A stretch of DNA of 64,000 nt from an uncultured Prochlorococcus sp. (lineage in GTDB: Bacteria > Cyanobacteriota > Cyanobacteriia > PCC-6307 > Cyanobiaceae): the NCBI GenBank assembly GCA_902535185.1, contig CACAST010000001.1:4667-68666 (forward strand), given 5' to 3'. Below are positions 39,620 to 50,313 of this stretch, piece by piece. How positions within the stretch are numbered: the first letter of the stretch is position 1; each line of letters opens with the position of its first letter. The notes below the pieces were generated by a model. It worked only from the letters and a program-made list of their open reading frames with translations. It had not been told where the DNA came from and ran no database searches. Position numbers and translations under genes: made by a program.

Positions 39620-40654
39620 ATGCTTTTAAGTGATTTAGTTGATCTAATAAAAAAAGGAAATTCAAATTTTATTAGTGCCAATATTTTCGAAGATTTAAAT
39701 ATAGATGATGCTGCCTCATTAGATGCTGCAGTTAAACATCAAATATCTTTTTTAGAAGAAAATAATATCCTTAAAGAAAAATTAGATCAAACTAAAGCAT
39801 CAGCAATAATAACTACTAACAACGATGAAATTGTTAGTGCCCTAAAGAAACTAAATATATCAAACGTAATAGTTAAAAATCCAAGAATTGCATTTGCAGA
39901 AGTATTGGATTGTTTATATAAAAATATAAATTTCAAACCAGGAATTCACGCTTCAGCCGTTGTAGATAAAACAGCAAAAATTGGAGTAGATTGCCATATT
40001 GGCCCTAATGTCTATATTGGAGAAAATACTGTAATTGGAGACAATAATCATATCCTTCCTGGATCGTCAATTTTAGGTAATGTTCGAATAGGAAATAATA
40101 ATATAATTCATCCAAATTGTGTGATTTACGAAAATACCACTTTAAAAAATAATTGTGTAATAAATTCAAATTCTGTTATTGGATCAGAGGGATTTGGTTT
40201 TATTCCTAAAAATGGCAAATGGGTAAAGATGCCTCAAAAAGGTGGTGTAAAAATAATGAGTTTTGTAGAAATTGGAACGAATTGTTGTATTGATAGACCT
40301 GCAGTTGGATTTACTTTTATTGATGAGGGAACAAAGTTGGATAATTTAATACAAATAGGTCATGGAGTAAAAATAGGAAAGAATTGTGCATTTGCAGCTC
40401 AAGTTGGTATCGCTGGAGGTGCAAATATTGGAGATGGTGTTATTTTGGCAGGGCAAGTAGGAGTCAATAATAGAGTAAAAGTTGGTAATAATGTCATAGC
40501 CAGTTCAAAATGCGGTATTCATTGTGACATTGAAGATGGCAAGGTAATTAGTGGTTTCCCAGCGATGGAAAATAAATCATGGCTAAGAAGTTCAAGTATT
40601 TTTAAAAAATTACCAGAATTAGCAAAAAAACTTAGACAATTAGACAAGCAATAA
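39620..40654 (+). CDS. lpxD: UDP-3-O-acyl-glucosamine N-acyltransferase
   Basis: Hexapeptide repeats, GSEGFGF, KLDNLIQIGH. Confidence 0.97.
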   Translation: MLLSDLVDLIKKGNSNFISANIFEDLNIDDAASLDAAVKHQISFLEENNILKEKLDQTKASAIITTNNDEIVSALKKLNISNVIVKNPRIAFAEVLDCLYKNINFKPGIHASAVVDKTAKIGVDCHIGPNVYIGENTVIGDNNHILPGSSILGNVRIGNNNIIHPNCVIYENTTLKNNCVINSNSVIGSEGFGFIPKNGKWVKMPQKGGVKIMSFVEIGTNCCIDRPAVGFTFIDEGTKLDNLIQIGHGVKIGKNCAFAAQVGIAGGANIGDGVILAGQVGVNNRVKVGNNVIASSKCGIHCDIEDGKVISGFPAMENKSWLRSSSIFKKLPELAKKLRQLDKQ

Positions 40655-40682
40655 TTTATTGTTCTATTAAACATAAATTTAA

Positions 40683-41756
40683 ATGAAGAAATATAAGATT
40701 GTTTTGTTGTCGGGAGACGGGATTGGACCAGAGATTTCAGAAGTTTCAAAAAAAGTTTTAAAAAAGCTCTCAAAAAATCATAATTTCGATATTGAGATTA
40801 TTGAAAAATTATTTGGAGGGATAGCTTATGAAAAATATGGGACTCCTGCTCCAGATGAGACTCTAGATCAATGCAAAAAAAGTGATGCTGTACTTTTAGC
40901 ATGTGTTGGAGATATTAAATATGACTCTCTTGCGAGAGAATTAAGGCCAGAAAGTGGGTTACTAAAGTTAAGATCTGCCCTAAACCTTTTCGCAAATATC
41001 AGGCCTGTAAAAATAAGAAAATCTCTATTAGATTCAAGTACATTAAAAAAAGAAATCGTTGAGCATGTAGATCTTATTGTTGTAAGAGAATTAATAGGGG
41101 GAATTTATTTTGGAAAACCAAGAGGACATATAACAAATACAAAAATCCCAAAAGCTTTCAATACGATGGTTTATGATTCGGCCGAAATACAGAGAATAAC
41201 TGAAATAGCAATAAAAATTGCTAACCAAAGAAATAAAAAAATATGTTCTGTTGATAAATCAAACGTTCTTGAGGTTAGTCAATTGTGGAGAGATACAGTT
41301 ATAAATATCACATCCAAAGATAAAAATATATCTCTAAGCAATATGTACGTTGATAATGCAGCGATGCAATTAGTTAGAGATCCTGGTCAATTTGATGTAA
41401 TTTTAACAAGTAATTTATTTGGAGATATTTTAAGCGACTTAGCTGCAATGTTAACTGGTTCTATTGGTATGCTTCCATCCGCTTCTCTAAATAATAATGG
41501 CCCAGGAGTTTTTGAACCTGTTCATGGTTCGGCTCCTGATATAGCAGGTAAAAACATAGCGAATCCTATAGCAATGCTTTTATCTGCTTCGATGATGTTA
41601 AAAATTGGATTAAATGAAGATGAAGCTGCAGAAAATTTAGAAACTGCCATTGATAAAGTTTTATCAAAAGGATTTAGAACAGCAGATTTAGCTGATGGGT
41701 CTTCTGAAGTATTATCTTGCAGTGAAATCGGAGATAAAATAATGGATGAAATTTAA
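40683..41756 (+). CDS. leuB: 3-isopropylmalate dehydrogenase
   Basis: GDGIGPE, NLFGDILSD, EPVHGSAPDIAG. Confidence 0.98.
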   Translation: MKKYKIVLLSGDGIGPEISEVSKKVLKKLSKNHNFDIEIIEKLFGGIAYEKYGTPAPDETLDQCKKSDAVLLACVGDIKYDSLARELRPESGLLKLRSALNLFANIRPVKIRKSLLDSSTLKKEIVEHVDLIVVRELIGGIYFGKPRGHITNTKIPKAFNTMVYDSAEIQRITEIAIKIANQRNKKICSVDKSNVLEVSQLWRDTVINITSKDKNISLSNMYVDNAAMQLVRDPGQFDVILTSNLFGDILSDLAAMLTGSIGMLPSASLNNNGPGVFEPVHGSAPDIAGKNIANPIAMLLSASMMLKIGLNEDEAAENLETAIDKVLSKGFRTADLADGSSEVLSCSEIGDKIMDEI

Positions 41757-41845
41757 AAAAAAATTAATAAATAAAAAAATATTTTTAAGTAAAACATAAA
41801 GTTGGCATATGACCTGTCAGAATCATTAGATATTGTTTTTAAAAA

Positions 41846-42742
41846 ATGTCAAAACGTCATCCAGTAGTTGCTGTAACAGGATCTTCAGGAGCAGGAACAA
41901 GTACAGTAAAAAGAGCCTTTGAGCATATTTTTGCCAGAGAAGATATTGTTCCAGCAGTTGTAGAAGGTGATAGTTACCACAGATTTGAAAGAATGCCTAT
42001 GAAGAAAGCTATGGCAGAGGCTCTTTCAAAAGGTGAAAATTTTTCTCATTTTGGTCCAGAGGCTAATCTTTTTGACAAGTTAGAAGAACTTTTTAAAATC
42101 TATGGTGAAACTGGAGGAGGAAAAAAAAGATATTATCTACATAGTCTTGAAGAAGCAGAAGAACATAATACAAGACTTGGGACATCCCTAGAACCTGGGC
42201 AATTTACTCCATGGGAAGATATTCCTGAGGGGACAGACGTACTTTTTTATGAAGGTTTGCATGGCGGGGTAGAAGGTGATGGATACAATGTGGCATCCTA
42301 TGCTGATTTACTTGTTGGCGTTGTTCCAATAACAAATTTAGAGTGGATTCAAAAAATCCATAGAGATAACGCAGAAAGAGGTTACTCAGCGGAAACCATT
42401 GTGGATACGATATTGAGAAGAATGCCTGATTATATAAATCACATCTGCCCACAATTCAGCAAAACCGATATTAATTTCCAAAGAATTCCCACAATTGACA
42501 CTTCAAATCCTTTCATATGCAGAAATATCCCAACTCCTGATGAGAGCTTTGTAATAATACATTTCAGAAAAGGGGCAAGAGAGAAATGGGGTATTGATTT
42601 TCAATACCTGCTTGGAATGATTAACGATTCATTCATGTCAAGTCCAACAAGTATCGTTGTAAATGGTGGGAAAATGGGTTTTGCAATGGAACTAATTCTT
42701 ACTCCAATAATTCATAAAATGATTGAGGAGAAAAATAAGTAA
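41846..42742 (+). CDS. prk: Phosphoribulokinase (proteobacterial CbbP type)
   Basis: MSKRHPVVAVTGSSGAGT, FYEGLHG, RIPTIDTSNPF. Confidence 0.96.
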   Translation: MSKRHPVVAVTGSSGAGTSTVKRAFEHIFAREDIVPAVVEGDSYHRFERMPMKKAMAEALSKGENFSHFGPEANLFDKLEELFKIYGETGGGKKRYYLHSLEEAEEHNTRLGTSLEPGQFTPWEDIPEGTDVLFYEGLHGGVEGDGYNVASYADLLVGVVPITNLEWIQKIHRDNAERGYSAETIVDTILRRMPDYINHICPQFSKTDINFQRIPTIDTSNPFICRNIPTPDESFVIIHFRKGAREKWGIDFQYLLGMINDSFMSSPTSIVVNGGKMGFAMELILTPIIHKMIEEKNK

Positions 42743-42879
42743 TAATTAATTTCTATTATTAACTCAAATAATTATATTTTAAATTTGAGGAGATTCTAAT
42801 TTAGAAATCTCAAATATTTATATATCTTTCTTGATAAAAGTACCTTGCTTAGATTTAAATAGAAAAAACAGGTAATGTT

Positions 42880-43761
42880 GTGTCATTAATCGACTGGTTT
42901 GCCGCAAGGCGTAAAGATCAATTTGTTGGGAAAGTTTCCCAAGATACTGACGAGGGAGATGGTTTGTGGGTTAAATGTTCTGAGTGTTCGCAAGTAGCCT
43001 ATAGAAAAGACCTAATTTCAAATTTCAATGTTTGTAGTAATTGTGGTCACCATAATAGAATTAATAGTGATGAAAGGATAAATATAATTGCTGATAAAAA
43101 TTCATTCAAAGAATTTGATAGTTCACTAAGTCCTACTGATCCTTTAGGTTTTAAAGATAGAAGGTCTTATGCTGATCGAATTAAAGAAAGTCAAGCAGGT
43201 ACAGGTTTAAGAGATGGTGTCATAACAGGTTTTTGTTCTGTAAATTCAATGCCTTTAGCATTAGCTGTTATGGATTTTAGATTTATGGGAGGATCTATGG
43301 GTTCAGTAGTTGGTGAAAAAATTACAAGGATTATTGAGAGAGCAACTTTAGAAAATTACCCAATTCTTATTGTTTGTGCATCAGGTGGGGCAAGAATGCA
43401 AGAAGGTATGTTAAGTCTCATGCAAATGGCAAAAATTTCTGGAGCACTAAAAAAACATAAAGAGAAAAATCTTCTATATATGCCATTATTAACTCATCCA
43501 ACCACTGGAGGGGTGACAGCCAGCTTTGCGATGTTAGGTGATTTAATTTTGGCGGAACCTAAAGCTCTTATTGGATTTGCGGGAAGAAGAGTTATTGAAC
43601 AAACATTGAGAGAAAAATTACCCGATAATTTTCAAACAGCTGAATATCTTCTTGAGCATGGTTTTGTTGATGTAATAGTTAAAAGGAAAGATCTCAAGAC
43701 TACTTTGACTAAAATTTTAAAAATCCATGGAGTAAAAGAACTTGCAAAAGCAAATATATAA
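42880..43761 (+). CDS. accD: Acetyl-CoA carboxylase carboxyltransferase beta
   Basis: C4 zinc finger, [27 protein letters not shown]. Confidence 0.98.
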   Translation: MSLIDWFAARRKDQFVGKVSQDTDEGDGLWVKCSECSQVAYRKDLISNFNVCSNCGHHNRINSDERINIIADKNSFKEFDSSLSPTDPLGFKDRRSYADRIKESQAGTGLRDGVITGFCSVNSMPLALAVMDFRFMGGSMGSVVGEKITRIIERATLENYPILIVCASGGARMQEGMLSLMQMAKISGALKKHKEKNLLYMPLLTHPTTGGVTASFAMLGDLILAEPKALIGFAGRRVIEQTLREKLPDNFQTAEYLLEHGFVDVIVKRKDLKTTLTKILKIHGVKELAKANI

Positions 43762-43762
43762 A

Positions 43763-44155
43763 ATGAGAATAATTTCTAATTTATTTTATTTTTCTTTAAG
43801 CCTTTTACTCTTTATTTTTAACTTTGCCTCCAATTCATATGCGATAGGAAATGTTGATTGGGTTCTCCTAAAAGAGAATGATGATGGGAAAGAATGGCTT
43901 GATAAAGGGAGTATTAAGCCGCATCAAAATGGTGAAATAAGTGTATTAACAAAGTTCTTTAAGAATCCAACTAATTCTGATGATGATGGAGAGTTATCAC
44001 TTTATGTAATGAGAATTAATTGCATTGAAAAAAAGTTCAAAGATACATCAATAAATGGAATTCCTCAATTCAATTCAAAATGGCAAACTTCTAATAATGA
44101 TGAACTTATAGATGTTGTCATTGAAAATAGTTGTTCAGAGTTTATTAATGAATAA
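43763..44155 (+). CDS. Secreted hypothetical protein
   Basis: Signal peptide, WV..EWLDKGS, YVMRINC; ATG at 43763. Confidence 0.75.
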   Translation: MRIISNLFYFSLSLLLFIFNFASNSYAIGNVDWVLLKENDDGKEWLDKGSIKPHQNGEISVLTKFFKNPTNSDDDGELSLYVMRINCIEKKFKDTSINGIPQFNSKWQTSNNDELIDVVIENSCSEFINE

Positions 44156-44157
44156 GA

Positions 44158-45255
44158 ATGAATACTAAAAATAAAAAATTAAAAATAGCAATAGCTGGAC
44201 TAGGGTTTGGCAAAAAAGTTCATTTAGAGGCATTAAAAGAGTCTGACCACTTAACTCCTGTAGCTATTTATCATTACGAGAAAAAGCAAAAATCGATATT
44301 AGAAAAAGAAACGGGCTTAGATTTTTTTCATAATTGGGAAGACTTAGTTAAATCTCCAAAAATTGATGGAATTATTATTGCCACCCCTCCTGAATCAAGA
44401 TTTAAGTTAGCAAAACAAGCTCTTGAGAATAATAAAAATTTGCTCCTAGAAAAACCCGTTTCAATATCCTCTTCAGAAATTGAAGAGCTTCAGAGAATAT
44501 CTTTGATTAATAATTTAAGCGTATGTGTTGATTTTGAATATAGAGCAGTACCTCTCTTCCTTCAGACAAAAAAACTTATTGATGAAAATATCTTAGGAGA
44601 TATATATTTAGTCAAATTAGATTGGTTAATGGGCAGCAGATCCGATCCCAAAAGATCCTGGAATTGGTATTCATTGGAAGAAAAAGGTGGAGGAGTTATT
44701 GGCGCTTTAGGTACTCATGCATTCGATATGTTGAATTGGTTTTTTGGAGAAGCAATAAACGTGACTGGCAAGTTAGCAACATCAATAAAAAAAAGACCTT
44801 TACCTAATTCATCTGATTTAAATGATGTTACGAGTGAAGATGTATGTTTAGCCAATATAGAAATATCAAATTACAGCTCGAATCTTATTCCATGTCAGGT
44901 ATCTTTATCATCGATTTCTAAACACGGTAGAGGATTTAGTTTAGAAATATATGGAAGCGAAGGTTCACTTATTCTTAAAAGCGAGAACCAAAAAGATTAT
45001 GTCCATGGTTTTAATTTGAAATATTCAAACAACGAAAATAAAATACAAAATCTAACTGCAGATTCAAATTTTAATTTTAAAAAAACATGGACTGATGGGA
45101 GGATAGCTCCAGTTTTAAGAATTCAAAATTTATGGGCTGAGAGTATTTTTAATAAAACACCTATCATTCCAGGCTTATGCGAGGGACTTGCTAGCCATAA
45201 AGTTTGCGAAGCTATAAGAGAATCGTCGAAGAGCGGGTTAAATATAAAAATATAG
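44158..45255 (+). CDS. Gfo/Idh/MocA oxidoreductase
   Basis: GLGFG, LLEKP, DFEYR, GG.IGALGTH. Confidence 0.9.
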   Translation: MNTKNKKLKIAIAGLGFGKKVHLEALKESDHLTPVAIYHYEKKQKSILEKETGLDFFHNWEDLVKSPKIDGIIIATPPESRFKLAKQALENNKNLLLEKPVSISSSEIEELQRISLINNLSVCVDFEYRAVPLFLQTKKLIDENILGDIYLVKLDWLMGSRSDPKRSWNWYSLEEKGGGVIGALGTHAFDMLNWFFGEAINVTGKLATSIKKRPLPNSSDLNDVTSEDVCLANIEISNYSSNLIPCQVSLSSISKHGRGFSLEIYGSEGSLILKSENQKDYVHGFNLKYSNNENKIQNLTADSNFNFKKTWTDGRIAPVLRIQNLWAESIFNKTPIIPGLCEGLASHKVCEAIRESSKSGLNIKI

Positions 45256-45347
45256 ATTTTGTATATCTAATTACGTGACATTTGATCCCTCTTTGTACTA
45301 AACTCGCGGAAACAAGTGCTTTGTATAGCATCTAACTTATTTTAATT

Positions 45348-46421
45348 ATGGCCCTCGTTCCACTAAGACTACTTTTAGATCACGCTGCTGAGAATGGTTA
45401 CGGTATTCCAGCTTTCAATGTTAATAATCTTGAGCAAGTTCAAGCAATCATGGAAGCAGCATATGAAACTGATAGTCCAGTTATCCTCCAAGCTTCAAGA
45501 GGGGCAAGAAATTATGCAGGAGAAATTTTCTTACGTCATCTAATCCTTGCCGCTACAGAAACATATCCTAATATTCCAGTGGTAATGCACCAAGACCATG
45601 GTAATGAGCCATCAACATGCTATTCAGCAGCAATAAATGGTTTCACATCAGTAATGATGGATGGTTCATTAGAGGCGGATGCAAAAACACCAGCTAGTTA
45701 CGAATATAATGTTGCAGTTACTAAAAAAGTTGTAGATTTTGCTCATTCAGTTGGAGTTAGTGTTGAAGGAGAATTAGGTTGCTTAGGTTCATTAGAGACA
45801 GGGAAAGGTGAAGCAGAAGATGGTCATGGATTTGAAGGTGAACTTTCTACTGACATGCTTTTGACTGATCCTGAAGAAGCTGCAGATTTTGTTGCTAAAA
45901 CAAAAGTTGATGCATTAGCTATTGCTATAGGTACAAGTCATGGTGCTTATAAATTTACCAGGAAACCTACAGGAGAAGTTCTTGCAATAAGCAGAATTGC
46001 TGAAATCCATAAAGCACTTCCAAATACACACCTTGTAATGCATGGATCTAGTTCAGTTCCTCAGGAATGGTTGGATATCATTAACAAATATGGTGGTGAA
46101 ATCCCTCAAACATACGGTGTTCCTGTTGAAGAGATTCAAGAGGGAATAAGAAATGGAGTGAGGAAAGTCAACATTGATACAGATAACAGGCTTGCTTTCA
46201 CTGCCGCAGTAAGAGAGGCCGCATTTGCTGACAAGGCAAACTTTGACCCAAGACATTTCAACAAACCTGCTAGAAAATACATGAAGCAAGTTTGTCTTGA
46301 CAGATACAAACAGTTCTGGTGCGAAGGTCAAGCAAGTAAGATCAAGCAAAACAGCACCAATTACTTTGCTGATCTCTACGCTAAAGGTGATTTAGATCCA
46401 AAAGTAAAAGCTACTGTTTAA
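45348..46421 (+). CDS. fba: Class II fructose-bisphosphate aldolase
   Basis: [32 protein letters not shown]. Confidence 0.98.
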   Translation: MALVPLRLLLDHAAENGYGIPAFNVNNLEQVQAIMEAAYETDSPVILQASRGARNYAGEIFLRHLILAATETYPNIPVVMHQDHGNEPSTCYSAAINGFTSVMMDGSLEADAKTPASYEYNVAVTKKVVDFAHSVGVSVEGELGCLGSLETGKGEAEDGHGFEGELSTDMLLTDPEEAADFVAKTKVDALAIAIGTSHGAYKFTRKPTGEVLAISRIAEIHKALPNTHLVMHGSSSVPQEWLDIINKYGGEIPQTYGVPVEEIQEGIRNGVRKVNIDTDNRLAFTAAVREAAFADKANFDPRHFNKPARKYMKQVCLDRYKQFWCEGQASKIKQNSTNYFADLYAKGDLDPKVKATV

Positions 46422-46438
46422 TTTCTTCCCAAATTAAA

Positions 46439-46475
46439 TAAAAAAAGACCTCCAAAATTGGGGGTCTTTTTTATT
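46439..46475. terminator. Bidirectional intrinsic terminator between fba and purQ
   Basis: AAAAAAGACCTCCAA-AA-TTGGGGGTCTTTTTT. Confidence 0.88.
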
Positions 46476-47136
46476 TCAATATTAATGATTTTAATGTAAA
46501 GAGACCATCAGTCCCACCAATTGTCTCGTCACATGCACGCTCTGGATGAGGCATTAAACCTAGAACATTTCCCTTTTCATTAGTTATACCTGCAATATCG
46601 AATGAGGATCCATTAGGATTATTTTTATATCGCAAAGCGATCAATTCATTATCTACAAGTTTTTTTAAAGTATCAGAATCACAATGATATCTTCCTTCCC
46701 CATGCGCTATTGGCAACTTAATAGTTTGTTTTAAACCTCCATTATTAAACCAACCTCCTTTTGAAGAAATGATATCAAGTTCAACATCATCACAGATGAA
46801 ATTAAGATTTTTATTTGCAGTAAGGGCACCAGGCAAAAAGCCTGATTCTGTCAAGATTTGAAACCCATTACAAATTCCTAAAACTCTTTTCCCGCTTTTA
46901 ACAAACTCATCCAAGGCATTTATTAATGGAGAGAATCTCGCAATTGCTCCGCATCTCAAATAATCACCATAGCTAAATCCTCCAGGTAAAACAATTGCAT
47001 CTACATCACTTAAATCTGAAGACTCATGCCACAAGAATTTTGTTCTTATGTCTAAACAACCTTCCAATGCCCATGAAACATCACGATCACAATTAGAACC
47101 AGGGAAGACAACAACTCCTACAGTAAAATTATCCAT
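46471..47136 (-). CDS. purQ: FGAM synthase glutaminase subunit
   Basis: [30 protein letters not shown]. Confidence 0.98.
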   Translation of the reverse strand: MDNFTVGVVVFPGSNCDRDVSWALEGCLDIRTKFLWHESSDLSDVDAIVLPGGFSYGDYLRCGAIARFSPLINALDEFVKSGKRVLGICNGFQILTESGFLPGALTANKNLNFICDDVELDIISSKGGWFNNGGLKQTIKLPIAHGEGRYHCDSDTLKKLVDNELIALRYKNNPNGSSFDIAGITNEKGNVLGLMPHPERACDETIGGTDGLFTLKSLILK

Positions 47137-47137
47137 T

Positions 47138-47392
47138 TTATAATTTTTCTAGTGAATACTCGTAATCTTCAATAACAGTATTTGCGAATAACCTATCACA
47201 CAATAAATCAATTTTTTCTCTTACTTCGTTTTCACCATTACCTTCTATTTTCACCTCAATCATTTTTCCTATACGTAATGATTTTATTCCCTCGGCTCCA
47301 AGTTTTATAGAAGCAGATTTAGTAGCTTCCCCTGCTGGATCTAAAACTGAGGGTCTTAGTCTTACAAAAACTTTTACAGCAAATTGGTCCAA
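47138..47392 (-). CDS. purS: FGAM synthase subunit PurS
   Basis: [21 protein letters not shown]. Confidence 0.96.
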   Translation of the reverse strand: MDQFAVKVFVRLRPSVLDPAGEATKSASIKLGAEGIKSLRIGKMIEVKIEGNGENEVREKIDLLCDRLFANTVIEDYEYSLEKL

Positions 47393-47491
47393 TTAAAAAT
47401 TAATTTCTAATAGAAGATTAGTTTAAATTTTAATAAAAAGTACTATTGATTAATAAACAAATATTTTTTTACCTTAAGGTTTTCTGAGTTA

Positions 47492-47656
47492 TTAAATGTC
47501 TATGTAGCCTCTACCAAAACAAACTAAACAAGTTTTTCTTGAATTTTCAGGTGTTTTAAAATTTCCCGACCCTCCACATTTTGAACATTTTATTTTATCA
47601 ATTGAAGAAACTTCGTTAGAGATTATTTGTTTTAAAGCAATTTTTGAATTTTCCAT
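47492..47656 (-). CDS. 54-aa stand-alone DnaJ-type zinc-finger protein (not in ORF track)
   Basis: MENSKIALKQIISNEVSSIDKIKCSKCGGSGNFKTPENSRKTCLVCFGRGYIDI*: two CxxCxGxG repeats. Confidence 0.85.
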   Translation of the reverse strand: MENSKIALKQIISNEVSSIDKIKCSKCGGSGNFKTPENSRKTCLVCFGRGYIDI

Positions 47657-47702
47657 CTTGGACTGTCTACTGTAGTAAGTATCACGACAAGTAACTATAA
47701 AG

Positions 47703-48767
47703 TCAAATTGCTATTTTTGTGTCACTTAAAATCTTAAATTTCTCTTTAATTTTTTTATTGAAAGTTTGTATAGATTTTTCATCAAAGGAAATTATTACTA
47801 ATTCAAGCCCAGCATTATCATTTGGTCTCCAACAATTGTCTGGAGCTTCTTCAAACCAAGTATTAATTTTCTTTCCAACAATTTGTATTTGTAAAGGCAA
47901 TGATTTGTTTGGAATCCAAATACGTCCTTTTATTCGAAGAATGTTTAATTCATCCAAGATTTTTGACATCTCCTTTTCAAAGTCATTTTTTTCAAGGAAA
48001 TAATTTAATTTAAATGAATCTGTTACAAGCTCAACATGATTATGGTCATGTTCTTCCGTTAAAAATTCTTTATAAGTTTCTTTTTTAAAATTAAAATCAA
48101 ATAGATAATTTAAATCAATTTTGCCATTCTTGGATTTAAGGACTGGTGTAGATGAATTTAGACTTCCTTGAATTTTATTTTTTACAACGTCAAACTGATC
48201 ATCATTTAAGATATCTGATCTAGAAACTAAAACGATATCAGAAACTTCTAGTTGCTCCTCAAAAAGTTCATCTATAGTGGCGTTATGATCAATTTTATCT
48301 GTTTCGTTATATTGTTTTGTTATTTTATTTAAATCATTAATTGGTGAACCATTTAGCATTGATTCTCCATTAACGATACCAACAACAACATCAAGGTAGA
48401 TGGAAGACCTAATCTCAGGCCAGTTAAGTGCTTGAATTAAGGGTATTGGTAGTGCCAACCCACTTGTTTCGATAATTATTGATTCGATAGGAGGATTAAA
48501 TTCTAGGAGAGCTTTTATTGATGGAACAAAGTCATCTTGAACACTACAACATAAGCATCCATTGCTTAATTCGATAACGCAGTCGTCTTCAGATTCATCA
48601 CATTTATCACAACTTTTAATCAAATCACCATCAATTCCAACATCACCAAATTCATTAATTATTAAACCAAATTTTTTATTACTCTCTTTTAGTAGATATC
48701 TTAGAAAAGTTGTTTTACCTGAGCCAAGAAATCCCGAAACAACAATAACTGGAATTTTTTTTTTCAT
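47703..48767 (-). CDS. cobW: COG0523 G3E GTPase, cobalamin biosynthesis CobW
   Basis: GFLGSGKTT, NEFG, GCLCC.VQDDF, ETSGLA, HDHNH. Confidence 0.88.
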   Translation of the reverse strand: MKKKIPVIVVSGFLGSGKTTFLRYLLKESNKKFGLIINEFGDVGIDGDLIKSCDKCDESEDDCVIELSNGCLCCSVQDDFVPSIKALLEFNPPIESIIIETSGLALPIPLIQALNWPEIRSSIYLDVVVGIVNGESMLNGSPINDLNKITKQYNETDKIDHNATIDELFEEQLEVSDIVLVSRSDILNDDQFDVVKNKIQGSLNSSTPVLKSKNGKIDLNYLFDFNFKKETYKEFLTEEHDHNHVELVTDSFKLNYFLEKNDFEKEMSKILDELNILRIKGRIWIPNKSLPLQIQIVGKKINTWFEEAPDNCWRPNDNAGLELVIISFDEKSIQTFNKKIKEKFKILSDTKIAI

Positions 48768-48776
48768 CTTTGATGA

Positions 48777-49289
48777 TTAACAACCTAAGCTATATTCTGT
48801 ACTCTCTCCTGTAGAACTATTTGTGCCATTAGCAATCGCACATAATTGTTTTTGTTGTGTACGACTTAGAACAGCATCAGTAAAATCTGCACCATCTATT
48901 TTTGCGCCTTCAAAATTACTCTCCATTAATAAAGCATTGGTAAAATTAACATCTGAAAGATCAGCATCTGTAAAGTCTGTTGCATAAGCTAGTGCATCTC
49001 TTAAATTTGCTCCAGTAAACTTAGAGTTTTGCAATTTACTATTATTGAACACCGCCCCTTCTAAATTACTTTCACTGAAATTAAACCCATTCAAATCAAA
49101 CTTAACGTATTCGTTACCGCTTAAGTCTTGACCATGCATATCTGGCTCTAAATTAAGGTCTTGCTGGTTTCTAATCTCAGGAGGTCTTTTAGCCCATGCA
49201 GAATTTACAGAATTAAAAAATAAAATCCCAATAAATAACAACGTAATTAATGCATTCTTTAGTGAGGGGGAAACAATTGATTTAATCAT
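48777..49289 (-). CDS. Secreted/lumenal pentapeptide repeat protein
   Basis: A(D/N)L repeats, signal peptide, C-terminal SLGC. Confidence 0.92.
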   Translation of the reverse strand: MIKSIVSPSLKNALITLLFIGILFFNSVNSAWAKRPPEIRNQQDLNLEPDMHGQDLSGNEYVKFDLNGFNFSESNLEGAVFNNSKLQNSKFTGANLRDALAYATDFTDADLSDVNFTNALLMESNFEGAKIDGADFTDAVLSRTQQKQLCAIANGTNSSTGESTEYSLGC

Positions 49290-49352
49290 AATAAGACTGT
49301 ATTTTAGAACTTAAGTATTTAAAGTCTGTAAGAGTATCTTAAAGGAAAATAC

Positions 49353-49970
49353 ATGGCAATGTCACTAAAGGTTATTGTTCCTCCTCATCCATTAATAAAA
49401 CATTGGCTTTCAATATTACGAGAAAAAAATACTCCAAATATTTTGTACTCAACAGGATATGAGCAATTAGGGAAATGGCTTACATATGAAGCATTACGTA
49501 ATTGGCTGCCATATAAAAAAGAAATAATAAATACTGATAATGGAGACGCAGATGGATTCTTTATTAATAATGATTATCCAATAAAAGTGCTCGCAATGTT
49601 GCCCGAAGGATTATCTCTTTGGTTTGGATCTAAAGAAGTAATTCCTAATTCAACACTCTCATTAGGAGAACTTCCTAAAACTATTGAATCAAATGAAGGA
49701 GTTATATTTTATTCAGAACAAATAACAACAAAATCAGCAACATTAGAAACTTTAATTAAATTAAAGGAATTAGGTGTTGATTCAAATAGGATTCTTTTAA
49801 TAACTGCTATTTGCTCAAATAAAGGATTAAATGAAATTGCGAAATTATTCCCTAATCAGGTAATTTACACTTCTTGCATAGATGAGGAAGACGAAAAAAC
49901 ACAATTATTAGTACCGGGTATTGGGACTCCTCTATCGCGTTTAAGTACTATATTTCAAGATAAGAACTAA
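49353..49970 (+). CDS. upp: Uracil phosphoribosyltransferase-like protein (degenerate)
   Basis: HPLIKHWL, LTYEA, VPGIG; PRPP-binding motif altered. Confidence 0.75.
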   Translation: MAMSLKVIVPPHPLIKHWLSILREKNTPNILYSTGYEQLGKWLTYEALRNWLPYKKEIINTDNGDADGFFINNDYPIKVLAMLPEGLSLWFGSKEVIPNSTLSLGELPKTIESNEGVIFYSEQITTKSATLETLIKLKELGVDSNRILLITAICSNKGLNEIAKLFPNQVIYTSCIDEEDEKTQLLVPGIGTPLSRLSTIFQDKN

Positions 49971-49999
49971 TATATAATATAGGAGTAAGTTTTTTACCA

Positions 50000-50290
50000 A
50001 TGTCTGAATACAGAGATTCGTCTTCAAATAATCTTTTATCATTAATAAGCGGTGCTTTTATTGGAGCAGCAGGTCTAGCTTGGTGGTTAATATCCGAAGC
50101 AGACAAAAGGAAGGAGGAAAAAAAACAAAAAGCAATGATGTATTCCTCCAGAATTCAAGACGGCTCAGAAGCGATTGATTCAAATGAAAATATAAATGAA
50201 GTTGAAGGAGAGAATCTGGAGAAGAAAGTTGAGCAACTTAATTCTGCAATTGCTGATGTGAGGAAGCAACTTGAAGAGTTGGGGCAATAG
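50000..50290 (+). CDS. Membrane-anchored coiled-coil hypothetical protein
   Basis: GAFIGAAGLAWWL; LEKKVEQLNSAIADVR. Confidence 0.8.
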   Translation: MSEYRDSSSNNLLSLISGAFIGAAGLAWWLISEADKRKEEKKQKAMMYSSRIQDGSEAIDSNENINEVEGENLEKKVEQLNSAIADVRKQLEELGQ

Positions 50291-50313
50291 AATAAAAAAG
50301 GTTCTCAAATAAT

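Noticed and set aside
42785-42813. Imperfect hairpin after prk
   Set aside because: AT-rich, bulged and without a U-tract; too weak to call a terminator
48777-49150. Periodic DNA in the pentapeptide-repeat gene (likewise the hexapeptide repeats of lpxD)
   Set aside because: Explained by protein repeats; not a CRISPR array or DNA repeat element
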